Positions 32,289 through 44,004 of a stretch of DNA of 64,000 bases are shown piece after piece. The stretch comes from a virus: IMG/VR virus record IMGVR_UViG_3300045125_000165, one strand, 5' to 3'. The number at the start of each line of letters is the position of its first letter. The stretch's first letter is position 1. The translations under genes were made by a program, and so were the position numbers. The notes beneath the pieces are model-generated. The model was not told the origin of the DNA. It made no database searches and worked only from the letters and a program-made list of their open reading frames with translations.

Positions 32289-33152
32289 ATGGCAACGACA
32301 AAAGAAGAAGACAACAACAATTATGTTACGCTTCCGCAACTAGAAGATCTTCTTGAAAGATGTATGCGCGATCGCGGGAAGATACAACTAGGGAAGTAAA
32401 TGGGGCGATCGCAGCCAATATCAACCCATTAACAAAAAGCCTTTCAGATATTTCTAAACAGCTTGAATCTTTTAAGGATCTATCCACTAAAGTTGAATCA
32501 ACTGATGCTCGTATGGCGGAAATCTTTACTGCTTTGCAAGCCCCTGACGATGAGCCGAATCAATCAACCGCCCCACAAGCTGTTGATGTTGAAACAATCA
32601 AGGCGCAAATTAAAGCGGAATTAGAAGAGTCGAACGCTAAGCAGTATTCCGATCGCATTCAAAGTTTGGAAAAGGCGATTGAGACCGAACGACAAGAGAA
32701 GGAGACTATCAGGACAGCAACAGATCGAAAGCGATCGCCGCAACAATCTGCTAGGAACACTGAAAAAGATTGCCCCTGAGTTAAATCTATTTCCAGATCA
32801 TGAAGAGATGGTCATGGAGAAACTAGCTAAGGACGGTGTTCTTAAGGTTGGTGAGGATGGTACATCATGGTTAGCCAAAACAAAACGTCCCGATCCTTTC
32901 ACTAAGCAAGTTGAGGAAGTAATCGTACCTGTTACCCCCGATATCCTGAAGTCAATCATTGCGGAGGGCTATTCCTACTATCAGCAACCTCGTGCTGGTG
33001 CTGGTGTTAATGCTGCCCCAACTCAGTCGTACTCGCCAACAAATCGCAAAGTTACGGATGCAACTACAGCAACGGATATTCAAGATGCCTTTAAGAAAGG
33101 TGATGACGCGATGTTGAATGAGATTGCGTCTTTGATTGTTCAAGGGGCTTAG
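32289..33152 (+). CDS. capsid scaffolding protein (frameshifted)
   Basis: Acidic coiled coil with C-terminal RAGAGVNAAP; divergent from the capsid gene. Confidence 0.6.
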
Positions 33153-33160
33153 TTTATAAC

Positions 33161-33206
33161 AAAAAGAGGTGCGATCGCCATAACAAGCGATCGCACCTCT
33201 CTTTTT
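33161..33206. terminator. bidirectional terminator built on two HIP1 sites
   Basis: AAAAAGAGGTGCGATCGC-N8-GCGATCGCACCTCTCTTTTT. Confidence 0.8.
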
Positions 33207-33207
33207 G

Positions 33208-33396
33208 TTATTCAGATTCAGTTGGCGAATGTTCAATTGGTTCAGGTTTAGCTTCAGTCGATCCAACTTCTTCGAGGTGGTCGATTAGGTCATAGGCTAT
33301 TACATCATCAGGATTGAGAGTAATCAACTCGCCTACAACCACAGGACGAAACCATTCAAGGGCGAAAGGCTCTAACACTTTGTACTGCACTTTCAT
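33208..33396 (-). CDS. small virion-associated protein
   Basis: Coupled to 33396-33785. Confidence 0.5.
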   Translation of the reverse strand: MKVQYKVLEPFALEWFRPVVVGELITLNPDDVIAYDLIDHLEEVGSTEAKPEPIEHSPTESE

Positions 33397-33785
33397 CAGC
33401 TATTTGCCCTCGCATCACCCGCCAAAGTATAGAAAACATCCAGATTAAGTGTGGAGCTAGTGCCAACGGTCTTAGGCGTGCCACCTGCGGCGATGGTAAA
33501 CGGTGCGGTCGTGGCAGACGCTAGATCTGTAGGATCATAGGTTGATGCTGCCAATGCTGAGTAATCGAGTTCAGCGATCGTTAATACTAGGTTCCCACCA
33601 GCATAGCCAGATGGGGTAATCAAAAAGCGTTTTTCTAGTCGGAGCGCAGAGTTTACCGTCGCGTAAACATCGAAGACAAAACGACCGTTTGCGGTGTCGT
33701 CGTATAGTTTTCCAGTTTGCGCGATCGCTTCGTTTAAGGTTGTTGCAGCTTTGGGACGCACCCAGTTAGCGGATGATAAAGCCAT
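33396..33785 (-). CDS. putative virion structural protein
   Basis: Thr/Ala-rich 129 aa after leader motif B. Confidence 0.55.
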   Translation of the reverse strand: MALSSANWVRPKAATTLNEAIAQTGKLYDDTANGRFVFDVYATVNSALRLEKRFLITPSGYAGGNLVLTIAELDYSALAASTYDPTDLASATTAPFTIAAGGTPKTVGTSSTLNLDVFYTLAGDARANS

Positions 33786-33812
33786 TTAGAGATACCAATT
33801 CGTTTCTTTGTT

Positions 33813-33877
33813 CCCCACGAAAGGCACTCTCAAAATTAGTAAGCAGTTTGAGACGCACTGCTGATTTAAATATACCA
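33813..33877 (-). promoter_or_regulatory. late-gene leader motif copy B
   Basis: TG-G-TATATT, P1 AGCAG/CTGCT, P2 TCTCAAA/TTTGAGA, then the box. Confidence 0.85.
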
Positions 33878-33907
33878 AATTTTGAGTTACGGGAATTGGT
33901 GATTTTT

Positions 33908-33972
33908 TGCTACAATCTACAAAGCAATGTGTCTCAGATTGCTTTGTTTTACTGAGAGTGCCTTTCGTGGGG
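33908..33972 (+). promoter_or_regulatory. late-gene leader motif copy G (tail tube)
   Basis: TG-C-TACAAT, P1 AAAGCAAT/ATTGCTTT, P2 TCTCAG/CTGAGA, then the box. Confidence 0.85.
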
Positions 33973-33995
33973 ATTTAGAATCACAGGCATCTCCC

Positions 33996-34788
33996 ATGAC
34001 TGAGTTATACGCAAATAGAATATGGAAACCACAAATTTCAGGGTTTTCCGTTTACTACAACAACACTTTGCGAGTATGTGGATACTCCCAAAAGTGCAGA
34101 ATTAGATTTTGGATTTAAAGAACTTGTCCGCAGTTCGACTTCTTCTCAAGGTGTTGAAGTTGATGTTAGCCGCGAGATTCAGGCAGAAAAACCCAAGTTC
34201 ACCGTTGAAATGGGTGGATTAACTGAAGAAGTATGGGAAATTATGTCGGGTCGCCTATGGCAAGATTCGGCTTCTGTTGCCACTTTCTACGGTCGCAACC
34301 GTGATGCACTTAACAAAACATCGTGGTCTGCTGATGCTGCGGGTTTTGAAGGCTATGGCATTGTTGCTGATGCTGTTGGCTATGCTGCCATTTTTAAGAA
34401 TGGGCGATCAATCCCACTGACTCAGCAAACCTATGGCACATTCAACCCAAGCACTTTGTTGTCCTTTGCCGTTGGCGCGAACGGCGCAATGTTGTTCAGT
34501 GATGATACTTTGGCATATCAGAAGTCTTGGAAGGTTCCCCAGAATTTAAGCAATGTGCGTACCATGAGTTCTACTAGGGTTGCCAACGTTGGGGTAATCC
34601 TAAACATCATTGATGCTTCGCTTTATGTTTATCGTTTTTCTGCTCCAAATTGTCAAACAATCGTCGATTCCGCCTCAATTGCGTTCAACAGCGAGACCGT
34701 AAAAATACCTATGGCTGTACAGTTTGATGGATCTAGCTGCCGTCCGTATGACCTAGTAGCAACTGGTTTGAAAGTCACCCCATGTTAA
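33996..34788 (+). CDS. putative major tail tube protein (frameshift near the 5' end)
   Basis: MTELYANRIW... joins ORF 34078; beta-rich ~260 aa followed by a chaperone-like gene. Confidence 0.55.
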
Positions 34789-34810
34789 TTTCGTTTTAAT
34801 TAAGCACAAT

Positions 34811-34840
34811 AAAAAAGCAGTCAAATTTGACTGCTTTTTT
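34811..34840 (+). terminator. intrinsic terminator
   Basis: AAAAAAGCAGTCAAATTTGACTGCTTTTTT. Confidence 0.8.
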
Positions 34841-35222
34841 ATTGTTTTGAGTTTCGGAAAGTGGTAAAATATAAAGGATTCGCGGTACTATCTTCAATGG
34901 CTACCAGCAAGAGAGAATGTATCCAAAAGCAATAAACTCACGATCTCCGACGCTCAAAAGCTAACACCGCACCAGAAAAGCTTGCTAGCGATCGCCAGCC
35001 TAAAGCCCAAACGGTTAAGCAAAGTAATTTAACCAAAAGGCGATCGCTATGATGGGCGATCGCCTTTTTTGTTGGGTTTATCAATCAAAACGATAACAAG
35101 CAAATCCTTATTATCGTTTTTGGCGTATTTTCGATAATAGCGATCGCCTTCTGCATATCAATTTCAATTCCCGAAAGTGGTAAAATACGCTTGCAGTATT
35201 AACTTGAGAAACAGGTCTAACA

Positions 35223-35390
35223 ATGGCTAATAGAGGTAAAAGCGAATCAATAAAACTGTCAAAGAAAACCACCTTTAGGGTAAATGATGTTGAAAGACGG
35301 CTTATCGAAGATGCTGCACAACAAAATGATATGACACTAAGTGAATACCTTCGTGCCGTACTTGCCCCCTATCTTCCGCCACAATGCTAA
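35223..35390 (+). CDS. 55-aa ribbon-helix-helix DNA-binding protein (not in the ORF track)
   Basis: KKTTFRVNDVERRLIEDAAQQNDMTLSEYLRAVL: beta strand plus two helices, MobC/CopG/Arc pattern. Confidence 0.7.
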   Translation: MANRGKSESIKLSKKTTFRVNDVERRLIEDAAQQNDMTLSEYLRAVLAPYLPPQC

Positions 35391-35951
35391 TCGAATACCT
35401 AAATCACAACCAAGAAACCTACAAAATAGCGATCGCCGCCGAAGCCTCAGCACTCGATCATGAATTAGTCATGCAGCTATGGCTCAAACTGCAAACCATT
35501 GAGGTTACTAATCACAGGGCTAAAATATTAGTACAGGCGATCGCTAACTTGTTACCACGCAGAGACATCCAAGGCAAAGGATTTAGTATCGAAGGATTGA
35601 GTGACGAGCAAATTACAGCATTGTTTTATGGTGAAAACTGCGAATTTATCAAAGAACATACTCCCAAATTAGAGCCACAGCAAAGCAAGATCGGCATGGC
35701 TCCGATACCATCTACAGGCAATGCGACATCAGATCTCACTTGCCCAACTTACAAGGCAATTTGAGGGGAGATTTACTGAAGCTTATGCTCTTGCCGAGAG
35801 GTTGAGCTTTAATGCTCTTGATGCTTTTCAAAGAACCTATGCCGAAGTGTGCCGCGATCCTGATGAACGGAATAGAGAATATATTTTAAAAGCCTATAAT
35901 AGACAAATGGAAACCGATCCAGCATTTAAGATGATGGCTCTAGGGATGTAA
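35384..35951 (+). CDS. putative tail assembly chaperone (two ORFs, probably one gene)
   Basis: Position after the tail tube; ORFs overlap in shifted frames. Confidence 0.4.
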
Positions 35952-35956
35952 AAAAA

Positions 35957-36268
35957 ATGACAATCGCAGAACGCCTTGCATTAAACGGATTACTTGCTAA
36001 CAAACAGTATTACAGCGCGATCGCCTCCAAACCCACGAACACAGACACAGGTACAGTAATGGGTCTTGATGGCGCAACGGGACGGACATTTGTTGTATCA
36101 GGGGATGGGATAGCAAGAACAAATAGCATTGCGAGTTCATCACAGTTTGCGATTACTAGTCCGTTTGTGAGGGGTGCGGGGGCAATGCTGGGTTTAATGA
36201 TGGTCAAACGGTATAATCTTCTAATGCCTCATAATCTTCAAGAGTTAAATAGATGTCTATATTTTTAA
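35957..36268 (+). CDS. hypothetical tail-region protein
   Basis: ATG ORF. Confidence 0.5.
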   Translation: MTIAERLALNGLLANKQYYSAIASKPTNTDTGTVMGLDGATGRTFVVSGDGIARTNSIASSSQFAITSPFVRGAGAMLGLMMVKRYNLLMPHNLQELNRCLYF

Positions 36269-37454
36269 TTTGTCCTAATGCATCATTTTTGCATAAACAG
36301 TTGTGCAACTTTAGCTGTAGTAATATCTTGATCGGTTGTTTTAATTGAGCACCTACCAGAACTAATTGCGATTGTCAATACCTCCAGACAGAACAGCAAA
36401 CAGTGCATCTCCAACCAAAGAGCTTGGGAAATTTAAGAAGCTGTTCCCATTGTAGGTAGGTATTTTGACAACAGTGTAAGTACCATCGCTTAGATACAAG
36501 CGCCAATCAGAACCAACTTTTACTAATTGTGTTTCCTGATTCCAACCTTGGATCAAATCCAAAGGCTTATAAGTCCCCCGTTGGGAGGGGAGGACTATCG
36601 TTGTTGATGTTGCCTTGCGAAACATATTGAATAGATGCTGTGGATGCTGTTATTAGAGCATTTCTGCTAGGGGATATAGGAAGGCTTATTGATTGTGTAG
36701 CAGAATTAGAAAGAAAAATCAAGGGGATTCAAGGGATCGCAAACCCTGTATTTGATGGTGTGTTAAAGCTAGCATAAGCTCCCGCCATTTTCGGGAGATT
36801 TAGAGTAAATTCCATCCTTGTTAAAAAACCAACCGTTTCGCATTTTAAATGAGTTATTCGGACTGTCAAATACAAGCCCAAACAAAATACTTCTTAATTG
36901 ATTTACTTTTAAAACATTTTGAGCGAATTCACCACTAGGGATGCTTGGGATTTGAACTGATCCCCTACTCTTAATGAATAGCCTGAGAACGGATTTGACA
37001 AACCTGCATCGGATAGCGATCGCCAGAAATAGCGTTACTAGAGATTGAGGTTAATATACTCTCAGCATTTAGTCTTACTACGTAAAACCCATCAGGATCT
37101 AAAGCTGTATTGTAAAAACTACCATTTACAACTCTTGCTGTGCGGCTATAAGACCATACTCCAGTAGAAGTCGTATCATAGGTTTCTTCAACACTAATTA
37201 ACCCTAATTCAGTGGGAACACCAGACTGGATTTCGCTAAGGACAAATGAAACTAAAAACTTTTGCCCCGTATAAACCGTTCCGTCTGCTAATAAATTCCA
37301 CTAGATAGAAACTGATAGAACTGTTCGCCGTAGTGGTTTGGAATATTTGTCCATTGACAAATAGGGTTGGATCTTCTAAATAAATATCGATGATAGTACT
37401 TAGCAGCAATCTATCAAGTATTGTTTTTTTGTTGATATTGTTTGTAATATCCAT
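36262..37454 (-). CDS. AT-rich fragmented tail-region gene
   Basis: ORF pieces 37236-37454 and 36362-36625 on the same strand, with intervening frameshifts. Confidence 0.35.
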
Positions 37455-37565
37455 TCATCCTGCCCTGTTCCTAATGTTGTTAAATAGGCATCAGAGGTTA
37501 CATAGCCATTAGGACTGCGTAAATATTAATTCAGGTTCAGGACGATCGCCGCAATATAAATCTTG

Positions 37566-37928
37566 TTAAGTGTTGTACTTGAAGACCCTTGGATAAAGCT
37601 TGATTGGCGTGATTAGTAATGGCTCTTCCGCAACCACTCTACGGCGTTCCTCCCTCTCCCTCTTCCTATTCCTGTGATCTAACGCAATACCGCCATTACC
37701 ATTGCCTAGCGCTCTAACAAAGCCATCTTGCGGTGACGCTTGGTTAAAGGTTTTGATGCCATTGCTAGTTATGCCGCCATCTTGACGCAGAATTTGATAA
37801 CGTCCAGTCGTACCGTCGCGATCGCCTATTCGCACTGATTCGGACTCATCCTTGTTTAGTCGAGCTTTAAAATACTGATCCTCAGACAGAGCTTTAATTA
37901 ATTCGGAGCGTTCCTTATAGCTAGGCAT
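37566..37928 (-). CDS. minor tail-region protein
   Basis: In the tail operon. Confidence 0.55.
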   Translation of the reverse strand: MPSYKERSELIKALSEDQYFKARLNKDESESVRIGDRDGTTGRYQILRQDGGITSNGIKTFNQASPQDGFVRALGNGNGGIALDHRNRKREREERRRVVAEEPLLITPIKLYPRVFKYNT

Positions 37929-37930
37929 AG

Positions 37931-38641
37931 TTAAGCTGTTGTAGTCGAGGTTGGCACTAACAATCTAAACGTAAAGGTAAGTTGATCGGCTTGCCCTGCG
38001 GGTAGCACTTTCAATGCTGTGAGTGTCGTATAGTCCACAGGTGTACCAGTTGTATCGCCGATCGCTGTAGAACCGCCGCGAATCACTAATAATGCATTAA
38101 AACTAAGCGGATTAGTGCCAGAGGCATTAGTCAAAACAACGCTTGCAGTCAAAGTTACATAGGTTAAAGCAGTGACGGGATCTACAGCGATTACAGGTGT
38201 ACCCACTGGAGTGATTACAGGTCTGATTGATTGCCCTTGGTAATTGGTCAACTCTTGCCTTGTGTAGTCCACCACATTTTCCAATGTCTGATCTAGAGCT
38301 TTATCGCTGATAATTAAAGTACCCGTTCCCGTCGTAGTAATGTTGATTACAGAACCACCACGAGTTAAGCTCAATTGCCCTGTAGTAGAGCTTAAGCGCT
38401 GCCAATAATAGGTAGTATTTTTAAGTAATGGGCTAGGCAATAAGCCCCCGCCTGAAGCTGTGACCGTGACTCTGGTTTGGTCTGTAAAAGTATTTGTAGC
38501 AGTAGTGATAACATCAGTACCTGTATTAAGACTAAAGTTATAGGTTGACCTTACAGAGTCGTCAATCAGCGCGACTTGGAAGGTGTTGCCCACATAGCGA
38601 GCGTTGACAATTTCTTTCTGTTCGTAGGTACAAGTTGCCAT
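37931..38641 (-). CDS. minor tail / fibre protein
   Basis: Thr-rich; LPSPLLKNTTYY motif common in fibre proteins. Confidence 0.6.
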   Translation of the reverse strand: MATCTYEQKEIVNARYVGNTFQVALIDDSVRSTYNFSLNTGTDVITTATNTFTDQTRVTVTASGGGLLPSPLLKNTTYYWQRLSSTTGQLSLTRGGSVINITTTGTGTLIISDKALDQTLENVVDYTRQELTNYQGQSIRPVITPVGTPVIAVDPVTALTYVTLTASVVLTNASGTNPLSFNALLVIRGGSTAIGDTTGTPVDYTTLTALKVLPAGQADQLTFTFRLLVPTSTTTA

Positions 38642-39800
38642 TAGATAAATGCTCCATTATTCCAAAGTAAATTCCGTTGATTTGAATCGAGTTCAAGGTT
38701 ATAAGCACGAATCTGATCGACAACCCCTACAATTTGGTTTCCAGATTCCGATTGTCCGACAATCATGGCGTTTGAGGTCTGAAAATCTCCTGTAATCGCA
38801 GTGTAAACAATACTGCTCAATCCCGTACTATCACCAACTTGCAGAGACATCACCCTAGGACTCTTAACTGTAAAAGCTACAGGCATAGTGGCAATAATCA
38901 ACAAGTCTGTACTATAAGCATTTGTTACAGCAACAGTCGCAGTAAATACCCCCGCACCCGTTCCACCTGTTTCTATTGAGAATTGAATATGCGTTGAATC
39001 AATTGCGCGAATTGCGTAGGTATATTTAGTTGAGTCCGAACTCCATTTTTGACTAATAATTGGCTGTGTCCCACTAGATAGATTTACTAAAAAAGCAAAG
39101 CCTAGGGTGTCTGCAAAACTAATAGTTGTAGGGGATAACGGAGCGTCAGATTGAGATAGCTGATAGTTTGCGGTTGCATTGTTAAAATTTGCTGCACTAG
39201 TTCCAGCAATCAACCCTGTAGTAAAAGTTATTGATGCTGATCCTGTGTCAGACAAATCTCTACCTCCGATATAATCACCAAGAGGATACAAAGATGTATT
39301 AAAATCCCAAAAAGACATCAAACCTTGCAGTATGCCATTAAAAATATCGGTAGTAGGGCAAACCCATCCAAGCGTAGAACCAGCATAAATGAGCTTTACA
39401 TGCTTATCTTTCGTAAAATAAGCGTCAACACGGTATAAGCCGTTGATTGTTTTACCAAATTCGCTCTTAACTTTGCCCGTATTAATAGCAATAAAGCTAA
39501 GGGAAGTGCCATTAATGGGGCTAGCTGGATAGGTGAGAGTAATATCGGTTCCACTGTTCACCACGTAATCCCCAAAGGGGAAGCCGTAAAACTGGTGGTT
39601 TTGATTTCGGACAAACCAACTCCAGACAACCTAAACCAACGCCCCGATCCTACGTCAGGAGGATATCCTCCTGTAGTGGCGGTTGAGTCGTATTGATACC
39701 ATGAATCATTTTTAACAAGTCGTGGGGACTCATCTACGAGCGTCGTCACATCAACGGCTAGCAAGTCAGCGAGAGTATTGTAGGAATAGAGAACAGCCAT
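38641..39800 (-). CDS. tail fibre / receptor-binding protein with a LamG-like C-terminus (frameshifted)
   Basis: DITLTYPASP shoulder; LMSFWDFN; GVVDQIRAYNLELD..LWNNG. Confidence 0.65.
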
Positions 39801-39804
39801 AGAT

Positions 39805-42316
39805 TTAAGGTGCTAATATGTCGAGTTCAGGAGTGGTCAAAGCATCTAGCTCTGCAAGGGTCAATTCATCAATCTTTTTGAGAGGCGTAAACGAAACCTT
39901 AGTACTATCGATCAGTGTACTCACAGCAGCGACGGGGGCAGGGAGTCCACCCAAGAAGCCGACTGAAGTAGATAAGCCAATATCGACATTAATCTTGATG
40001 GTTTCGCTGGTAATAGCAACGGGGATGGGAGCCGCCGCAACCACGATACTGAAAGTAGTTGAATCGGTAGCCAACAAAGCATCAGTTACAGTCACCGTCA
40101 CCGATGTAGTTCCGATCGCTGTTGGTGTTCCCGTCAGCACTCCACCCGAACTCAAAGATAAGCCTAGTGGGTAACGTAGTAGACGAGTAGGTGTATGGCG
40201 ATTGACCTCCTGAGCTATTAAAAGTAATTGGCGCGATCGCCACACCTTGCACAAAATTTTGAGTGGAAGCATCCCCAATATTAAGAGTACTGATTAGCAC
40301 TGGTGGATAGGGTAATGGTGGTGGTGCTATTTCTGGGATAGAACCTGTTTTATTGCCAATAGAATCTTCGACAAATTGCCACGCATCACCATCACGATTA
40401 AGAGATACGCCAAAGCGATCTCTTATGTACCGCCCATTACCTGCATCCACACCTTGGAACGGGGCATAGTTTAGGGTTGTGCCAAAACCACTAGCTAATT
40501 CACGTCCATAGTATCGCTGCCATTTTATTTGCCCTAAATACCTTGCATAGCGATCGCACTCCGCCTTAGTAGTAAGAGTACTTGCGCTCTCAAATTCTTT
40601 ATTCTGCACAAAGGGAGATATCCCTGCATAGCCTGTTTCTACTGTTGCGAGCAAGGGTCGTTGAATAACAGGATAAGGAGGTGGACGGTAGGTGATTTCT
40701 GGTATTGATGTTACGTCTTGCTCGGTGATTGTATTGCTATAGAGATAGCCCTGATTAGTTGTGGATTGCCCCTTGTTTTGAAAGAACTCTTTGCGCTCTG
40801 TCCAATGCCCCTGACATTGCTTTGTGTATGTAGTGATTGTTTTTTCGCTTGGAGCGAAGTTGGCTGAATTGAAGGGAATGTATTCGCAGGGTTCTTTTGA
40901 AGTACACAACCTCTTTTAGTTCAGTGATTTTCTTGATCTCATAGAGCCGTTGCCCTGTCTGGACAATAATATCGTCACGGACAATCTCGACATACTCATA
41001 GGTTGTGGTCGTGCGCTCAGTAATGCGTCGGGAGTCGTTGACATTGACTACGAACCATTCGCTAACACCAAAATATTGCAAACCATCGGGGTATTTTGCC
41101 CAAGGTTCAGATCGGGTGATTACGCGACTTAGAATCTTGGATGGATTTTGAGAATCGATTGGAATATTCTCGTAGGTTGTGATGTCGGTTTCATCTAGTA
41201 AATAACTGGTTTGTGTCCAGTCGTAATAAAAACTAATAGAGTCAGGGAAAGTTCCCTTTGTATAAAGATAGATAAACTCAAAACCACCAGCCTGATTAGG
41301 CTTTGTTGCTTTCCATCCCTTAACTTCAGGAGGATTGCCAGTCAGCTTTCCGTAAGCCCCAATCACGCCGCCAAACAAAACCAGCATAGGATTGCCGATC
41401 AGTTGTTTTGTTAGCTTATAAATATAGCCATCGGTAATAATCTTGTCGCGAGTTTCGATTGATTGCAAAAACAAGTATCTTTGCCCAATCCCTTCAGTGG
41501 TATTTGTTGATAGACCTGCACTGACATAGGTATAAATCTTTTTAGGATAGACTTCGTTACAAGTATCAATATCCTCATGGGTAGCACTGACAGTGACTTG
41601 CTGCTTTACAGGATCTAAGCCTTGCTGCCTTGTAAACGTTAGCAACTCTCTACGCGATTTGCGCCATACGATGTTATTCGCGTTGGCAGGGTATTCTGCC
41701 CATTTGATAGTTTCTTTGTCGCTCCACATCCAATAGCCGCGTTCACCAGCCATTTTTTGAGCTTCTTTGATGTAGCTGCCATTGACCGATCGCGGTACAC
41801 GGTAAATTCCACCAATGCCATAGGGGGAGTCTCGACAGTTACCGTAGTTCCCATGATCGCCGCTTGTTTTTTAATCAAAGCTACAGCTAGATCATTCCAG
41901 TAATTATTTCCACCTGTTTTAAATTCGGGAGTATCAGCGCTAGAGGCATAGCTATCTAAGATACCGATGATATCGGTAATTTCGATTTCAGCCTGTCCGT
42001 TGTCTTGGTTGTAGCGATATCCCGATGGCTTGATCCTGAAGCGTTGCCACCATGTCCCATTAAAATAAACGTCAATTGGTTGCAACCCTGATAGCCATCG
42101 GGAAGGATTGGCTTCATCATCAAAGAATGATCGCGGATGACCAGATCTAGCAGGGAACATCTCAATAGTACCTGTCCAGATTAGTGGTGTAGATGGTTCC
42201 GCGAGAGGGTGGTGAAACGAATAGCCAACTACAGCCTCACTGATATCTTCGCTGCCGATGAAGACTTGAAACTGGGGAACTTTAAGGCTGTATCTGGTCA
42301 TATTACACAGCCTCAA
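39805..42316 (-). CDS. large minor tail / central hub protein with an Ig-like (He_PIG) domain (several frameshifts)
   Basis: Joins 41639-42316, 40755-41753, 40082-40909 and 39805-40278; GLSLSSGGVLTGTPTAIG..VTVTVTD. Confidence 0.6.
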
Positions 42317-42791
42317 TAAATTTCAAGCCTTTAAGTAGCCACAAATCGCCGCCTTGGAACGTAACAAATTGCGGTGTTTCGATCTTGAGGTAAGTATTGA
42401 AAACGTAATAGCCAAGCGTTGCACCACTCAATGTAATTGTTGAGTCTGGGACGAGAGTGCGTGGATGGAATGAGGCTTCTGTACTGTCTAGATACTCATT
42501 TTCGTCTTGAAGCCAAAAAATCCTTGATGAGTCTTGTTTGTAAGCAGCTATATATCTACCTAGCAATGCTCGATCAGCACTGGTTATTAATGAGTTTGGC
42601 TCCCACAGGTATGTTGATTTAAAGTTGAGATTCCCTTTGTCAGCTATCCCCCCTGTCGCGTTCCTTTCCCCTGCATTGGGATAATCTGCGGGTTCTCTGT
42701 TACATAGCTTCTCCCCTGCAGGCACTTTATCCAAAAGCAAATTTGGAAAGCCTGATGTGCCTAAAGTGATTTTTCTGGTGGGACAGGTCAT
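42303..42791 (-). CDS. putative distal-tail-like protein
   Basis: First gene after leader C, heading the tail-tip operon. Confidence 0.45.
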   Translation of the reverse strand: MTCPTRKITLGTSGFPNLLLDKVPAGEKLCNREPADYPNAGERNATGGIADKGNLNFKSTYLWEPNSLITSADRALLGRYIAAYKQDSSRIFWLQDENEYLDSTEASFHPRTLVPDSTITLSGATLGYYVFNTYLKIETPQFVTFQGGDLWLLKGLKFIEAV

Positions 42792-42816
42792 CTCAAGAGA
42801 GATCTATTCTGCGTTT

Positions 42817-42880
42817 CCCCACGAAAGGCACTCTCAAAAATTTTGACAGCCTGAGACGTGCTGTTGGTCTAATCATACCA
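42817..42880 (-). promoter_or_regulatory. late-gene leader motif copy C
   Basis: TG-G-TATGAT, P1 ACAGC/GCTGT, P2 TCTCA/TGAGA, then the box. Confidence 0.85.
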
Positions 42881-43087
42881 TTTTTGGTAATTGGTAATAG
42901 GCGATCGCTACCATATTCCTGATGTCAGGGGGAAGGTGCGATCGCTGCCAATATTTACCATTTACTAGAACTGGCAATAGGAGCTATTATTAGGGTGCGA
43001 TCGCTATTTATCACTGCGATCGCGAAAACAACCTATAGGAGTAGGCTATATGTCTGACAGCGTTGTATCTATAAGTGGCGATCGCAA

Positions 43088-43357
43088 ATGAAAGAGAAAA
43101 CACTTTTTGATTACACCTATCAAGAATTGTTTCTTGCGATTCGATTTCATTTGCGAAACGATATTGAGGGATTTGTTGAGCAGTTGCTATTTAATCAGCA
43201 ATGGTACAGAAAAAAGAAAGGCGGTAAATGGAATCTGCTTTGTCACAACAAAGATATATTTTGGAGTCCTGAAAGTCGCTTTGTCGAAGATATGGCTGAG
43301 TTCGGCGCGATCGTTGATGTAATTAAAACGGAGGATTGGACTAATGGGAGAGGCTAA
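43088..43357 (+). CDS. hypothetical protein
   Basis: ATG ORF. Confidence 0.55.
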   Translation: MKEKTLFDYTYQELFLAIRFHLRNDIEGFVEQLLFNQQWYRKKKGGKWNLLCHNKDIFWSPESRFVEDMAEFGAIVDVIKTEDWTNGRG

Positions 43358-43825
43358 AAGACGGAAGCTGCTTGATCCTAATTACGGAAAAGTTCCTAAG
43401 GCAAATTCAAGTATTGATGAGCTTAAAGCTCAATTTATCAAATATTCAAGTATTGCATCGTATTTGCAATACTTTATTGAGATCGCTATAATGTGCCTGA
43501 CGATGTAAAACCTTATGAATCTTGGGTTTTAAATCGTTTGAGGGCTAGGGCTGATGAGCTAAGGAAAGTTAACCCGTCATCTATAAAAGAGATTTTACAT
43601 ACACATGGGCATAACACTGAATGCCAATCTACGTTTTTAGTTCTTGGACTCTCGGCTATTTGTGACGGCTTGTTTTCTTATATCAATGAATTAATCGCAA
43701 ATTTCCCAAGCGTTGAGTCTTTGATTAGATCTTTCGATGTATCAGAAGCAGAAAAAGTTGTCGCAAATGCTGAAAAGTATCAAGAACAGCAAGGCTTATG
43801 GTTAGATGTTTTTTCTAATATGTAA
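43344..43825 (+). CDS. hypothetical protein (frameshifted)
   Basis: MGEAKRRKLLDPNYGK start, typical of cyanobacterial small proteins; continues into 43493-43825. Confidence 0.45.
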
Positions 43826-43913
43826 GCTATAATAAAAACAACAAAACCCGCCAAGCCTCTCAACGATGCTGAAACTGGCGGGTTACTTTCAACCAATAGC
43901 CCACAATGTTCTT

Positions 43914-44004
43914 GGCGCGGTACGGTCTAGCTAGGCGCGGAGTGGCAGTGTTCGGCGGGGTCGGGCGGGGTTCGGATTGGTCTGGAAAGGCTTGGCATGG
44001 ATGG
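43914..44004 (+). repeat. 5-nt periodic (GGNNN)18 array
   Basis: GG at 43914, 43919, 43924 ... 43999 in exact 5-nt phase (AG and TG at two positions). Confidence 0.9.

Noticed and set aside
35721-35764. Programmed G/GT tail-chaperone frameshift
   Set aside because: No slippery heptamer at the overlap, and single-base errors are common in this assembly.
36262-37454. Diversity-generating retroelement target in the variable tail region
   Set aside because: No reverse transcriptase and no template/variable repeat pair in the window.
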